Shown here piece by piece: positions 14,101-25,813 of a DNA stretch of 64,000 bases. Made by a program: the position numbers and the translations under genes. The stretch is from NCBI GenBank assembly GCA_964035545.1, contig OZ037765.1, forward strand, positions 14,208,698 to 14,272,697, read 5' to 3'. The DNA comes from Bugula neritina (Eukaryota > Animalia > Bryozoa). Each line of letters starts with the position of its first letter. Within the stretch, counting starts at the first letter, position 1. The notes beneath the pieces were generated by a model. It had not been told where the DNA came from, made no database searches, and was given only the letters and a program-made list of their open reading frames with translations.

Positions 14101-15024
14101 CTTTCCTTTGTCACTGACCTTCATCGGAAGAATCCAAGATTTCAATTTAGATCCATTAGAAAGAGCACCAACAGCACCTATGAACAAGCTATTCATTTGT
14201 TTCTCTGCAAGAGCTTTGCCTTTGCAGACTTTCTCAAAGTGATTTTTCTTCCCGCAGTTATGACATGTCTCGCCATAAGCAGGACATCTACCTTTGGCAT
14301 GTGTATATCCACAAAATTTGCAATCTATGTTGTCCTTACGTGTGTTACTTCTGGTTTTATTTTGCGTAGCGCCAGACTGACTCTGCACAGTGCTGACTGC
14401 AGCATCATTTATCTCATTGACTGTCTTCATAGTAGTATCACCGGCAGCCATCCTTGACATCTGCTGTTTGGTAATCTCAGCAGCACGGATGTCATCTAAG
14501 GCACTCTCAAGTTTAACGTTTTTGTCACGGAGTAGCCGCTCCTTCAGCTTTCCATCAGTGAGTCCAAACACAATTCTGCAGAGAAGCATTCGGTCTCGCA
14601 ATTCGCCAAAATCACATTTTGTAGCTTGAGTTTTTAGACGTTTCAGAAAGGTGTCAATGGGCTCTCCATCACTCTGACTGAGAGACCAAAAAACAAACCA
14701 TTCATACAACACGTTACGCCGGGGATCGCAATAGGCTTCAAACTGCTCCAAAACATCAGCCATAACATCCTTGCTTTTACCTGCGGGAAAGTCAAATTGA
14801 CCATAAATCTCAGTAGCTTCCTCACCAGCCTGGTTCAGAAGTATAGCAACCTGACGTCTATTAATACCCGCATTCTCAGGAGGAGGCTCTTGGCCACTCT
14901 CTTGAGGCTTCAAAACCAAATCACTTGCAAGCAAATAATTTTCCAAGGCCCTTCTCCACTTCCTCCAATTGTCTGACACATTACCTTCAAATGATAATTC
15001 TCCAGGGGCCTTCAAACCTTCCAT
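11110..15024 (-). pseudogene. gag-pol polyprotein of Gypsy #1 (zinc knuckles, protease, RT, RNase H, integrase) with two in-frame stops
   Basis: ATG at 15024 (MEGLKAPG); CKFCGYTHAKGRC and CHNCGKKNHFEKVC knuckles; FKIDTGA protease; YFDD RT; VDASK RNase H; HHCC plus DDE integrase. ORFs 13303-15063, 12928-13290 and 11110-12915 share one frame, split by TAA (13303-13305) and TAG (12928-12930). Confidence 0.95.
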
Positions 15025-15122
15025 GACAGCTCCAAGGCAGACCAACACAGTCCACAACAACAAACAACTAAAAGCTAAACAATCACCACTCCAGTGGCAA
15101 AGTAGGGTGCGAGTACGATCTA

Positions 15123-15132
15123 GCTGCCACCA
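15123..15132 (-). promoter_or_regulatory. Primer binding site TGGTGGCAGC (complementary to a tRNA-Leu 3' end)
   Basis: Immediately follows the 5' LTR on the - strand; matches the ...GCUGCCACCA end of eukaryotic tRNA-Leu(AAG/TAG). Confidence 0.8.
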
Positions 15133-15438
15133 TGAAACATTAAGTATAGTGAGTATATAATTACCTGAGAGTTACTCGACGTAGGTAGGCGTGACATTGA
15201 AGTATCGAAAGAACAATAAATGGGGGTCTGGCCGGCCAGGGGAAATACAAGGACCAAAAGTATAGTACTGATTTATAATTATTTTATCACAAAGTCTATC
15301 GGCATGTTTATCTACTGTAGGCTGACATCTTTCATCTCGTAGTCTCTCATTCGTCGGTGACCCAATATGTATTTTAATAAACAAATGCACATGACATTAT
15401 AACGTAGCATCTCGCTAGTCCGTAATTAGTGATAAACA
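15133..15438 (-). repeat. 5' LTR of Gypsy #1
   Basis: Direct repeat of 10669-10974, adjacent to the PBS. Confidence 0.95.
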
Positions 15439-16135
15439 AAAGACACATAATAATATAACACCACCCTTGAGCATCTTGAGAAATCCGAGATGGCCACCAA
15501 TTACGAAAAAATCCTATTATATTGGTATGAAATCTATATTATGTTAAGAAAAACATAATTTTTTTGATGATTTAAATAGATGTGCATTTTTAGAATGAAT
15601 ATGTGCCATGCCAGTGCAAAAAAAATCAAAGTAAAGAGCCAAGAGACATGTTGCTCAGCTCAAAAGTCGGAATTGATTAATTAAAAAATCACATATGATG
15701 CAGAGAAATGATACAAAGTTTTCGAAATTGTTTGGGCAGATATATATAAAGAAAAACATTGCTTATTGCCAGTGAATAGAAAGTGAAAAAGATACCGAAG
15801 CATATTGCTCAGCTAAATTTAAAATGGAACATATATATATAATCATACAGGTGCGACAAACTATCGCTCATGTTCATATTAAACACCTTTTTCATTTTTT
15901 TCAATCATCAGAATTTGTTAGAAATGTTAGTTCATTGAAGCACACTCCTGTTGCTGCTTCACAAGAGCAGAATTCTGTGCATGGGATAGATGTACTAGAA
16001 CAGCCATATCTTGTTGTTTTGCATGATTGTTGGCTTCCACAGGAACATTTGATGAAGTCGGGTGATTTTACTTTATTTGGTAAACATCAGAAAGTTATGA
16101 TCAAAAATTAAAGTTTGCTTAAAATTAATGAAAAC

Positions 16136-16261
16136 CGTAACAGGTTGTGATAGTGCAATAAGTCGACTAACCTTGAGTAGCGCTAAGCGTAGAATGCCTC
16201 GCCGGTCTCCTCTCCACTCCCGCGTAACCTCGTACACCAAATACCAAGTCCACCTCTTACA
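16136..16261 (-). repeat. 3' LTR of Gypsy #2
   Basis: Direct repeat of 21405-21530, 119/126 identical. Confidence 0.93.
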
Positions 16262-16532
16262 CCTTCTCACCAAGTCACTGTTCCCCCTTTTTCTCGGTGC
16301 TTCCACACCACGCTACAACAAAACCAGCAAACAAAAGAGCAGTATGGCTTCTAGGCTCAGGGGTGTATACATATATATATTTTTAACAAATGTTAATGTA
16401 AGTAAAGAATAGATATGAACATTTAAAGTGCTCACCCGGCACCTAGTATGGTCCTCAAAAAGTCACTCTAATTTTTTTTTTTTATTTAAACATTTGAACA
16501 AACGTTATGAAAGAGCAAAAAAATGCAACTAT

Positions 16533-17138
16533 CTAACGTGCATGCTCGGTACGTCGTATATCTCTGTGCAGGTTTATCCTCTGTACACGTTTTAACTTTT
16601 CTATCCAGTCTCTCAATATCAAATTCTTTGGGTGTAACCCATCTCTGAGAAATCTATCTCTAAACGAGTATGTTCCATGTCGTCTCGTAAAAATTCTTTT
16701 ATGCATATATGGGGTGGCAAACCCCGACGACATGTTAAAACCTACTATCCTTCTATTCTCTGATACCACCATGCTACGTATTCTACAGGTGAAGTCTGCG
16801 TTCCTAGAATCAAACACGCCATTATACTTTTGAAAGTCAAGAGGGTAGATTGTGCAGAGAATAATATGAATATGGTTGTTATAAAATGTTTCAAAGTACA
16901 GATTGAAAAAGCTATCTGGTTCAACATTACTATTTGTCACCAGAGAACACCTTCTAGATGAATTCATTTGTGAAAATCTAACCTATATGGAAATAGATAA
17001 TAGAGTTTGAAAATCTACTTGATTATTGTTTACGTAACTTAATAGGGTCTCCCAGTTGGCTCCTGAGATTCTGATCGTAGTCCATGAGGGATCTTCCAAT
17101 CCCCGAACAATAGAGTTTCCGATCATGTAAGTCCTCAT
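16533..17138 (-). pseudogene. SGNH/GDSL hydrolase-like extra ORF (ORF3) of Gypsy #2, with two frameshifts
   Basis: ATG at 17138: MRTYMIGNSIVRGL (block I, GDS-like), ISGANW (block II), then after a frameshift IIYFHIG (block III-like), then ORF 16533-16967 with HIILCTIYP and FLRDGLHP (block V DxxH). Confidence 0.75.
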
Positions 17139-17194
17139 GATCTACAACACGATGTTATTTGATAGAGTCGTCCAACTCTATCACTGATTAAAGA

Positions 17195-20100
17195 TTAAGT
17201 CTCTTGGGGGGCCCTAGAGACCCTCCCCCTTGTTGTTACAAAGGACGGACTCTGGGGTGTTACCGGTATTTGATGGGGAGAATTGTCTTCTCGAAAAGAA
17301 GTTGCAACTTCCGTGGGTCTAACAGGGACATCGGTCTGTCTGATAGGCGAGTGGGGAACACTTGCACTCAACCCTCGTTGAGGCGAATCAGTAAAAGATC
17401 CACGAACGTCAGTAGATCGGGAGATATGAGCTCGGTTCCTGCGCAACACCACTTCATTATCTCTTGCAGCAAGAACTTCCCTGCCTCTCGCTCCAATTAC
17501 CGTAGCACGAACAGTAGGTCTGTTAGGATCCTAACAACCACAGGCTGGTTTACTTGAAATGGACTCCTGTTCCTCACCGCGTGTCTCCTGTTGTACCACA
17601 TTGACTGCCTCCCACGATGATCAGACTCCAAAACCTTGAGTCATGAAGCATCTACTCCCTTTTCATTCACAAAACCCATAGAATTCAATGACCGTCCAAA
17701 TAACAACTGAGAAGGAGAGTAAACGTTGAAAAGTGGGGTATCATTATATATGCATAGAGACTCCTGTAAGCTTATATTTTTCTTCAAAAAGTTCTTCACA
17801 GTGCGAACAGCTCTCTCAGCCTCTCAATTACTCTGTGGATAACGAGGAGAGCTTGTAATGTGTTGAATGTCCCATTTTCTCAAATATTCCTGGAATATCT
17901 GTGACCGAAATTGTGGCCCGTTGTCACTAACAATAGTGTTTGGAACACCTAGCATACATACTAACTCGTTCAGGATCTTTGTTAACACAGTAGATTTCGA
18001 GGAGTCTTCCAACTCCCTTACCCCAATATATCTACTATAGTAATCCACCACAACCACAAAATTCTGTTCTTGCCAGTTGAATAAATCCACTGCAAGCCTC
18101 CATCACGGCCGTTCTGGGAAGACTGTAGTCTGTAAAGGTTCTCTATGTTTAATTCGATGTTCTTCACACTGTGGGCATTGCTGAACTAATTGTGTGATCT
18201 GTGCAGTCATTCCAGGCCACCATATGATTTCAGACGCGCGTCTTATACACTTGGTTTCACCTTGATGTCCCTCATGAATGTCTTTAAGCACACGATCTCT
18301 CTCTGGTTCTGGAATGAACACTCTATTCATATAGTAAATCACTCCACCAACTTGAGTCATGAACTCTCTAAAAGTATAAAATGGCTTGATAGCAGCAGGA
18401 ACCAACTTAATATTAGGCCACCCTTCCGTAATATACTGGAGCAACACAACTCCCACCTCATCCTCAAACAGAGCCGCCTTGATTCTCGCCAGCCTGCCAG
18501 ACGAAATAGGGAGATCTCCAACAGGAGCGCCGAGAACACTTGAGTCTTCCAACTCATCAACATCTGACGAATTCACACATTCCAACATTTCCACCTTCGT
18601 TGGACTGCGAGACAACGCGTCCGCCAGAACAAGTCTCTTACCGGGGGTATATACAATCGTATAACTGTACGACATCATCTTAAGCCTAAACCGTTGTACC
18701 CTCAAAGGTAGTTTAGCAAGCTCTTTCTCTCCCAAAACTGATACTAATGGCTTATGATCAGTCTCGATCTGGAAGTCCTTACCCGACAAATAATAAGAGA
18801 ATTTACTACATGCCCAACAAATAGCTAGAGCCTCCTTCTCAATTTGTGCATATCTTCTTTCGACCGCTGTAAAAGCTCGAGAGGCAAATGCAACAGGATG
18901 CCAATTACCATTGACTTTTTGCAAAACCGCTGCTCCTAATCCGTAAGATGAAGAATCCACACTAACAAGAGTCTCCGCCTCAACACACTACGGTATTAGA
19001 ACTGGAGTCTGAACTAACAGAGTTTTTAAACAATTAAATTGTTCAGTATGTGGAGGACCCTATCTCCATTCTACATTATTTCCCAGCAGCTGCCGTAGAT
19101 GGTGAGTGTTGCTAGAAATCTAAGGAGAGAACTTGCCTAAATAATTTTTTATTCCAAAGAACCGTCTTAGTTCTCTTCTGTTCGATGGTATGGGGAAATC
19201 CATAATAGCTTTGATCTTTTCCGGATCTGCCTGTATCCCAGACTCGTCAATCACATGGCCCAAAAACTTTGTCTTAGTTACTCCAAACTCACACTTGTCT
19301 ACATTCAGTGTGATTCCAGCTATTTGGAGCCTTTGCATAACTGCCACGAGTCTCTCGTTGCGTTGCCTCGTGGTTGTACCATGAATCAAAATGTCATCCA
19401 TATGACACACAACTCCTTTGAGGTCAATAAGCGCCTTCTGCATTTCCCTCTGGAAGATCTCAGGAGCTGAGCTGATCCCAAATGGAAGTCTCTTACAGTA
19501 ATATCTGCCGAAAGGCGTTATAAACGTGGTCAACTTTTGACACTGTTGCGCTAACTTCATATGCCAATAGCCGCAGTTGGCATCAAGTTTCGAAAACACC
19601 TTTAAATGTCCCAGCTCACTCAATGTTTCCTCAGTGGTGGGAAGTGGATGATACTCTCTCCTGACTGCTTTGTTTAGCTGAGTGAAGTCTATACACACTC
19701 GAAGCTTGCCACTTCGTCGGTTCCTCAATCTTTTCAATAACTCCCAAGTCCTCCATCCTTCTAAGTTCCTCTTGTAGCGGTTTCTTGCAAACAGCTGCCA
19801 CCCTCCTTGGAACACTCTGAACAAATGGTTCAACATTGGTGTTTAGAGAAATAGATACCTCTGAATTCATTAAACCCAACCCCTTAAACAAAGAAGGAAA
19901 TGCCTTTACACACGAAACTTTGTCTAAACTATGACCAAGGTCCAGTTCATTCACAAACTTAATTAGATTCAATTTAGAAATGGCTGGTTTGCCTAATAAT
20001 GGCGTAACAAGATTCTCCACAAAATATATTGTCTCATCAATTGAAACATCTCCATGAGAAATTGTAGTGTTTACTTGGCCCGTTACCTTTAATCTGGCAT

Positions 20101-21100
20101 CACCCGCACTTTTTAACACCTTACTTGTAGGTTGTAAACCATTTACAAATCTATTAAAGTGTGCTGGGACAGCTGTAACAGCAGCCCCAATGTCCACTTT
20201 AAATGTAACTGAATGGGAATTCAAGCGTACACCAATTAGCCAACCTTTAGATGTTTCAGTTATGGTATTAATAAAATCAGAGCCTAGTCAATCTGAATCA
20301 GAACCCAAGAACAATCCTTCTAACTCCTGATTAACTTCTTCTACTTTTTTGCCTTGACTTGGTCCATTGCAAGCCTTCGACTTACTCCAGTGACCCTTTT
20401 CCTTGCACACAAAACAAAACTTGTCTCTTGCAGGACATCTATCCCTCCTGTGGAACACCTTGTTACAAAAATAACATTTTCTAGGTGGAGGCCCAACTCT
20501 CTCTGACTTTTGAAACTGCCTCCTTCCCTCAGAGTACCTTTTTTTAGCCGAATCACGGAGCACATCCATATTAGCGTCGGCAGCATCTGTAGCAATCTGC
20601 CTAGCCTGCATGTGATGACTAGTAAACTGTTTAGCCTTACGAGTGCATGTGTTTAAATCAAGATTTTCAATATATACCAATTGCTCTCTTAGCTTACTAT
20701 CATTTACCCCAACCACTATTCTGTCTCTCACTAACTGGTCGCGCATCTCTCCATAATCACAATGATAAGCCTGCGACTGTACTTGAGTTATAAATTGATG
20801 AATGTTGAGGTCGCCCTGCCTAATGTTATTAAACTGCACACGTTCATAAATGATATTTTTAACGGGTTCAAAATGTTGATCAAACATGCCCATAACATTT
20901 TCCAATGTCCGTGTTCTCCCAGTTGCAGCAGCATGAAAAGTAAATTGATTAAAGATGGGTACACTATCAGGGCCCATTAACAACAGTAAATTAGCTATTT
21001 GCTCCTCATTGTCCATATCACCATATTTTTTTGCTACCGTAACAATGTCAAATTGTTGTTTAAATAATTTCTAACTAGTGAGCAAATTCGGATCGCTAAA
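17195..21100 (-). pseudogene. gag-pol of Gypsy #2 with multiple stops and frameshifts
   Basis: CYFC...C and CFVCKEKGHWSKSKAC knuckles; FKVDIGA protease; CHMDD RT; DSSSYGLG RNase H; HEGH/CPQC and SDNGPQF integrase; C-terminal TTRGRVSRAP. Confidence 0.92.
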
Positions 21101-21404
21101 GTTCAATTTTGTAACAAAACACTCGTCTCTCGATTCGGCCATCTTTCCTTTTGCTTTACAACAAAAATTATTACAAACGATACAATATTCAATGCGATTA
21201 CGCCTGACTTATACTTTAAACAATCAACAATCCTGATTACAGTTACAGTAAGTAAAAGTTCAAATAAACTTACTGAAGTGGGTTCTTCCAAACCCTCACA
21301 CCGTCAATCAACGGAAGTTTCCAATGGGTTCTATTCAACCTCGCAACTTGGACCAAAACTTCTACCAGACGGCAATAACACAATCAAGTTTATTTCTGAC
21401 ACCA

Positions 21405-21530
21405 CGTAACAGGTCGTGATAGTGTAATAAGTCCACTAACCTTGAGTAGCGCTAAGCATAGAATGCCTCGCCGGTCTCCTCTCCACTCTCGCGTAACCTC
21501 GTACACCAAATACCGAGTCAACCTCTTACA
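21405..21530 (-). repeat. 5' LTR of Gypsy #2
   Basis: Adjacent to the PBS; flanked by TSD AAAAC. Confidence 0.93.
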
Positions 21531-22334
21531 AAAACTTACTACATCGGGTAATCGAATTTGCTGATTCTAACTATGCATAGTAAAAAAAGACTGGGAAGAA
21601 GTCCTGCAACATTTAAGCACGGCATCATTGTCATATGAGCTAAATATATATTTGTGAACCATCATGGTCCATATAATGTCTAATGTACTAATTAATTGGG
21701 AAAAAACATAGAAAATCTTGCATTATTAGAAAAAGCCTTCATTATTCAGTTTTATTTGTTGAAATTCTAATAGCTTGAGGCAAAAATCTATATACAATAA
21801 CAGCAAAATTGTAAAAAAATAACCAAAAACTAAAGTCATCGAGTGTACACCAAATTAGTAAAATGATCCACTTCATAATACTGTCTGGTGTAAGCATAAC
21901 ATCATTTCCTACTTATTTTGAAAAAAGAGATTCAATTAGATCCCCTTTCACTCACCAATGTTGTAGCGGGTTTAAAGCTGCAGTTTCATATGGCTACCTA
22001 GAGGTGTGCTCCGGTGACATTGTCCAATAGCTTCATCTGTGGGAGGCAAAGTACATAAGTTAAAGGCATGTTGCAAATAGCATTGCTGACCTTGGTTTTC
22101 TAAGCCTTTTGTCTTGTAGATGCCATGGAGGAGCACTTTGCATAATCATAGCAACATAGCATCAACTTGGTAGCTTGTATGAATAGTCATCCTGAAAGGA
22201 AGCGCTAGTGTCACCAAATCACACTTTCATTTACCAAGACATTTATTATGGCTCCCTTTCCAATATTTTACATTGTTGCCACTGTCTCGCACCCTGAAAG
22301 GCCATGGGAAGGCAGCAAATTGTCCATTATGGGG

Positions 22335-22835
22335 GCTTGGTCTTGGACTTTCTCACCTAGTACGCCGTGGTCCAGGATGGGTGGCGGTTTTGCAGGGCAC
22401 CAAGTGCTATTAGAAAATGTCATCTGATTCTGTCATCAGCATCTTCATCTGTGAGGCCACATTTCAGCATGTCATCTTTCACTGTATCTATTAACCTTTT
22501 CTTTGGCCTCTCTCTCTTTCTCTTTCCCTGTATCCTCATCCCAGCCACCATTATAATACCTTCCTCCCTATTTCTTCTGTGCACATTTCTATACCATTAA
22601 AGGCGTCTCAACCTCATGCCTATTGCGATGGCTTCTATTTTGGCCTCCTCCCTTATATTATTATTTGTTACATGGTCTTCCCAATCTATATTGTAAATGT
22701 GTCGAAGCATCCTAATCTCACTTGCACTTATGTTGTCCTCTTGTTTTTGAGTCAGGGGCCATATTTAATTTCCACACATCGGTGTAGTTTTTATTGTTGT
22801 CTTGTATAACAGAACCTCCAGCTTGGTGGAAATTT
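22335..22835 (-). mobile_element. 5'-truncated RTE-clade LINE fragment
   Basis: - strand reads RMLRHIYNIDWEDHVTN...RLRRL*WYRNVHRR...IQGKRKRERPKKRLIDTVKDDM...ADDRIR*, a typical RTE C-terminus, followed by a short (CCAAGA)-type repeat tail. Confidence 0.75.
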
Positions 22836-24033
22836 TCCTATATTCTTGTTGCAGACTGTTCTGAAAATTCAACTTTTACAGATCTTTTGAAAATTGACTT
22901 AGCATTTCTTATTTCCTCTGCCTCCTTGGATGTAAAAGGTGGCAGTGCTGCAAGTTTATGAGCCATTAACGAGTGTGCGTCAAAGTTCTTGGTCTGCTTG
23001 GGTGCAATAGCTCGAGCATATATGACTTCAGTATCGTACACAGTGGTATTAAAAACCTTGATGTGCTTTTGAGATGATACTATTGTCTTTACTTTAGATG
23101 ACATAGATTTATTTAACCCACTTTAAATTCTTGCATAGCTGCTTTACCTATAGCGAAAATATTGTCAATAATAATTTCTGAATAACTGATGACTTTCTAT
23201 GTTTCAATATTGGCAGAGCAACTGGGTGGCATTCTTCTTAGAGTGGATCATTGCAGAGTTCAATCTTCTTTTTAACACACTTCCTCTTTTTTGAATCAGA
23301 TTAGATTATTGATTGCCTCTCTTCCTGATGAGTAGTGGAAGCATTTATTTCAGACTTATCTCTGGTGTCATTAAAGCGTTACTGTATCTTGTTGCATGCA
23401 GAAGTGCTGTACATAATGGACAAGATATGAACGGCTGAATGCTGCCAGACTGAGAATTTCCAGCTGTTTTTTATTGAAATTGGCCTACCTTTTTCCCATA
23501 ACTTAGATGTTTGGTAGTGTTTATTCTCCATTGAAATTTTCAAAAAAATGTTTTTTTTATAACTAAATTGGTTCTACTTGTTTTTCAGCTGGTAATCTTT
23601 TTCATCTGCACATTTCAAAAGCCTTGTCTAGATTTAGTGTCTAAAATCTCAACTAGTTTCTTACCGGTAATATCACTTTTGGTGGCCAAAATGAGGGGTA
23701 CATAGTCTGAAAGTTGTACAGTACTGCTTTAAGATGAAAGTCAGTACTAAATTATTCAACCATTCTGCTGTCTTGATTGCAAGTGAGTAACGAGTGTGTC
23801 TTAACTACAAGGTTTACTCATGGTTCTCAGTAGTCATCAAGCTTCTATACTATTTTTTCATAGTCAGTCTTGTCAGTATTAGATGTCCTTGTGAAAAAGT
23901 TGTTGATTAGTTTTTTTTTCTACTTATAATATGTGGCGTAAAACCGTCTTCGCTTTGCTCTCAACAGTGTCCGTTGATGCTGCAACTAAGGAGGTTTGTT
24001 GTAAACTTTCTGTAGTGTTGAGTTTACTCAGTA

Positions 24034-24327
24034 GCCCTTGTGGTGTTATGGTTAGCACGCCCGCTCGCAAGCTGGAGGTCTCAGGTTTGAATCTTAGTTG
24101 CGCAATTATTTTTCAAGCTATTTCGCCCTTTAATGAAGTGGAGTAGTACTCCGAAGGATTTGAGCGGCCAGAGGAGCCTAAGACTGACGGAGTACTAGAG
24201 AGGCCAGTGGAGTTCTTGGGAACTGGATGGGATGCAACGTTGGTATTACCCAGTAGTCCCCGTAGTGTAACAGTTAGCACACCTGCTTGCTAGCTGCAGG
24301 TCTCGGGCTCAAATCCCAGTGGGGACA
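24034..24327 (+). repeat. Two tandem tRNA-like units (24034-24104, 24256-24327), probably a dimeric tRNA-derived SINE or pseudo-tRNAs
   Basis: A-box-like TGGTGTTATGG/TAGTGTAACAG; B-box-like GGTTTGAATC/GGCTCAAATCCC; GTGT/GCAC D-stem; unit 2 acceptor stem GTCCCCG/TGGGGAC; T-runs downstream of both. Anticodon and T arms are defective. Confidence 0.65.
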
Positions 24328-25311
24328 GTTGTTTTTTGCTTCTCTCCAGTGAATCAAATCCATCTGATGCTAGATATTGGACGTTATTTCATTGTTTGCC
24401 AGTTCATGTAAAATTAACCTTAAGCTTTGAGTGCCATACTTATTTGTTGATGTATATTGGTTATGTTTGAGAGTTTTGGATAACAAAGGCTTATGAGTTG
24501 AAAGGCAATAAATAAAATAGAATAAAGTAAAATAAAATACATATATAATAAATGTGTATTGTTGCCGAACAAGGAAAACATTGTGTGTGCACGTGTGTGT
24601 GTGGCGTGTGTGTGTGGCGTGTGTGTGCGCGTTTGTGTGCGTGTGCACTGTACATGCATGTCAGGATGTATGCAACAACTTGCAAGTACTTGTTTAAGAT
24701 ATTGCATGCATGGAATAGAAATTAGTAAATACCTGGTAGTCAGCAAGTTCGACAAAAATTAATTTGGTGCTGTAGTTCTAGCTATACTAAATTCATACTT
24801 ATCTATTACTAATTAGTAACATTAAATTAATTATTTAATATAGTTGGAATGGCAACTAATTTTGCTAGTGGATAATTTTTTAATAACATTGAAACTTAGC
24901 TAGCTGTTTTAATTTGCTTTGAGTGATTTCAATTCAAGTACTTTTGGATTATTTATATTCATAAGATTTGTCTCCATACTCAATATATAGGTTTCAAGAG
25001 CTAAATTAGGTGATTTCGGATTTTGATTTGCAGTTGGTCATTGAAAGTCGTTAAGTCAATGCTTTCAGTAAGTCAACTTGACTGAAAGTATTCCATTTAC
25101 TAAAGTAAATGTTACTGAACATAATTCTGCTCAGCAGCAATTATTGTTTAGTTACTACTATAAGTGTCAACATCATTATGAGTATTGCCAGATTCATGTA
25201 ATTTACCTCGATTGGTTTGGACTAGTGTAGGTTAAAAACTTTTACAGGTTTGTTTATTTTGATGAGCATTTCAATTTGTATTTGTCATAGTATACATAGT
25301 ATTCAACACCA

Positions 25312-25685
<374 letters not shown>

Positions 25686-25719
25686 TTATAATCAAATTGC
25701 TAGCTCGTAAAGATATATT

Positions 25720-25722
<3 letters not shown>

Positions 25723-25807
<85 letters not shown>
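25723..25807. repeat. (TA)n microsatellite
   Basis: Direct reading. Confidence 0.98.

Positions 25808-25813
<6 letters not shown>

Larger units (their letters stand above)
10669..15438 (-). mobile_element. Ty3/Gypsy (Mag-like) LTR retrotransposon #1, young but nonsense-disabled
   Basis: Two 306-bp TG...CA LTRs (10669-10974, 15133-15438; 3 mismatches), tRNA-Leu-type PBS and a single gag-pol frame. No TSD found. Confidence 0.96.
16136..21530 (-). mobile_element. Ty3/Gypsy (Mag-like) LTR retrotransposon #2 with an extra 3' ORF, degenerate
   Basis: 126-bp LTRs at 16136-16261 and 21405-21530 (7 mismatches); 5-bp TSD AAAAC (16131-16135, 21531-21535); PBS TGGTGTCAGAA (21394-21404, tRNA-Leu type); PPT GGTGAGAAGG (16262-16271); fragmented gag/PR/RT/RH/IN. 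Confidence 0.95.
16057..21870. mobile_element. Old MITE-like insertion (~0.4 kb without the nested Gypsy #2) with degenerate TIRs
   Basis: Ends cgggtgattttactttatttggtaaaca and (revcomp) tggatcattttactaatttggtgtaca. Removing 16057-21870 restores ATT ATG AAG TTC ATC AAA TGT (IMKFIKC) in the Academ-like ORF. Confidence 0.6.
15901..23450 (-). pseudogene. Decayed Academ(X)-like DNA transposon protein (XPG/H3TH-like nuclease region plus C-terminal Cys-rich finger), split by later insertions
   Basis: - strand fragments: 22838-23104 (VYDTEVIYARAIA...LAALPP...AKSIFKR), ~22250-22320 (LLPSHGLSGCETVA..NIGKG, H3TH-like), ~22000-22070 (LCTLPPTDEA), 21871-21900 (LTPDSIMK) joining 15901-16056 (FIKCSCGSQQSCKTTRYGCSSTSIPCTEFCSCEAATGVCFN). 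Family call is from recalled architecture. Confidence 0.65.

Noticed and set aside
17160-17190. tetO-like look of CTCTATCACTGAT / TGATAGAGT
   Set aside because: Only half-site resemblance inside a retroelement; no vector or bacterial context.
17820-19125. APOBEC-like G>A hypermutation in Gypsy #2 (TGG>TAG/TGA)
   Set aside because: Few events, mixed with indels and transversions; cannot be separated from ordinary decay without a family consensus.
24034-24327. Functional tRNA genes
   Set aside because: Anticodon arm one nucleotide short, mispaired T-stems and degenerate TTC motif.
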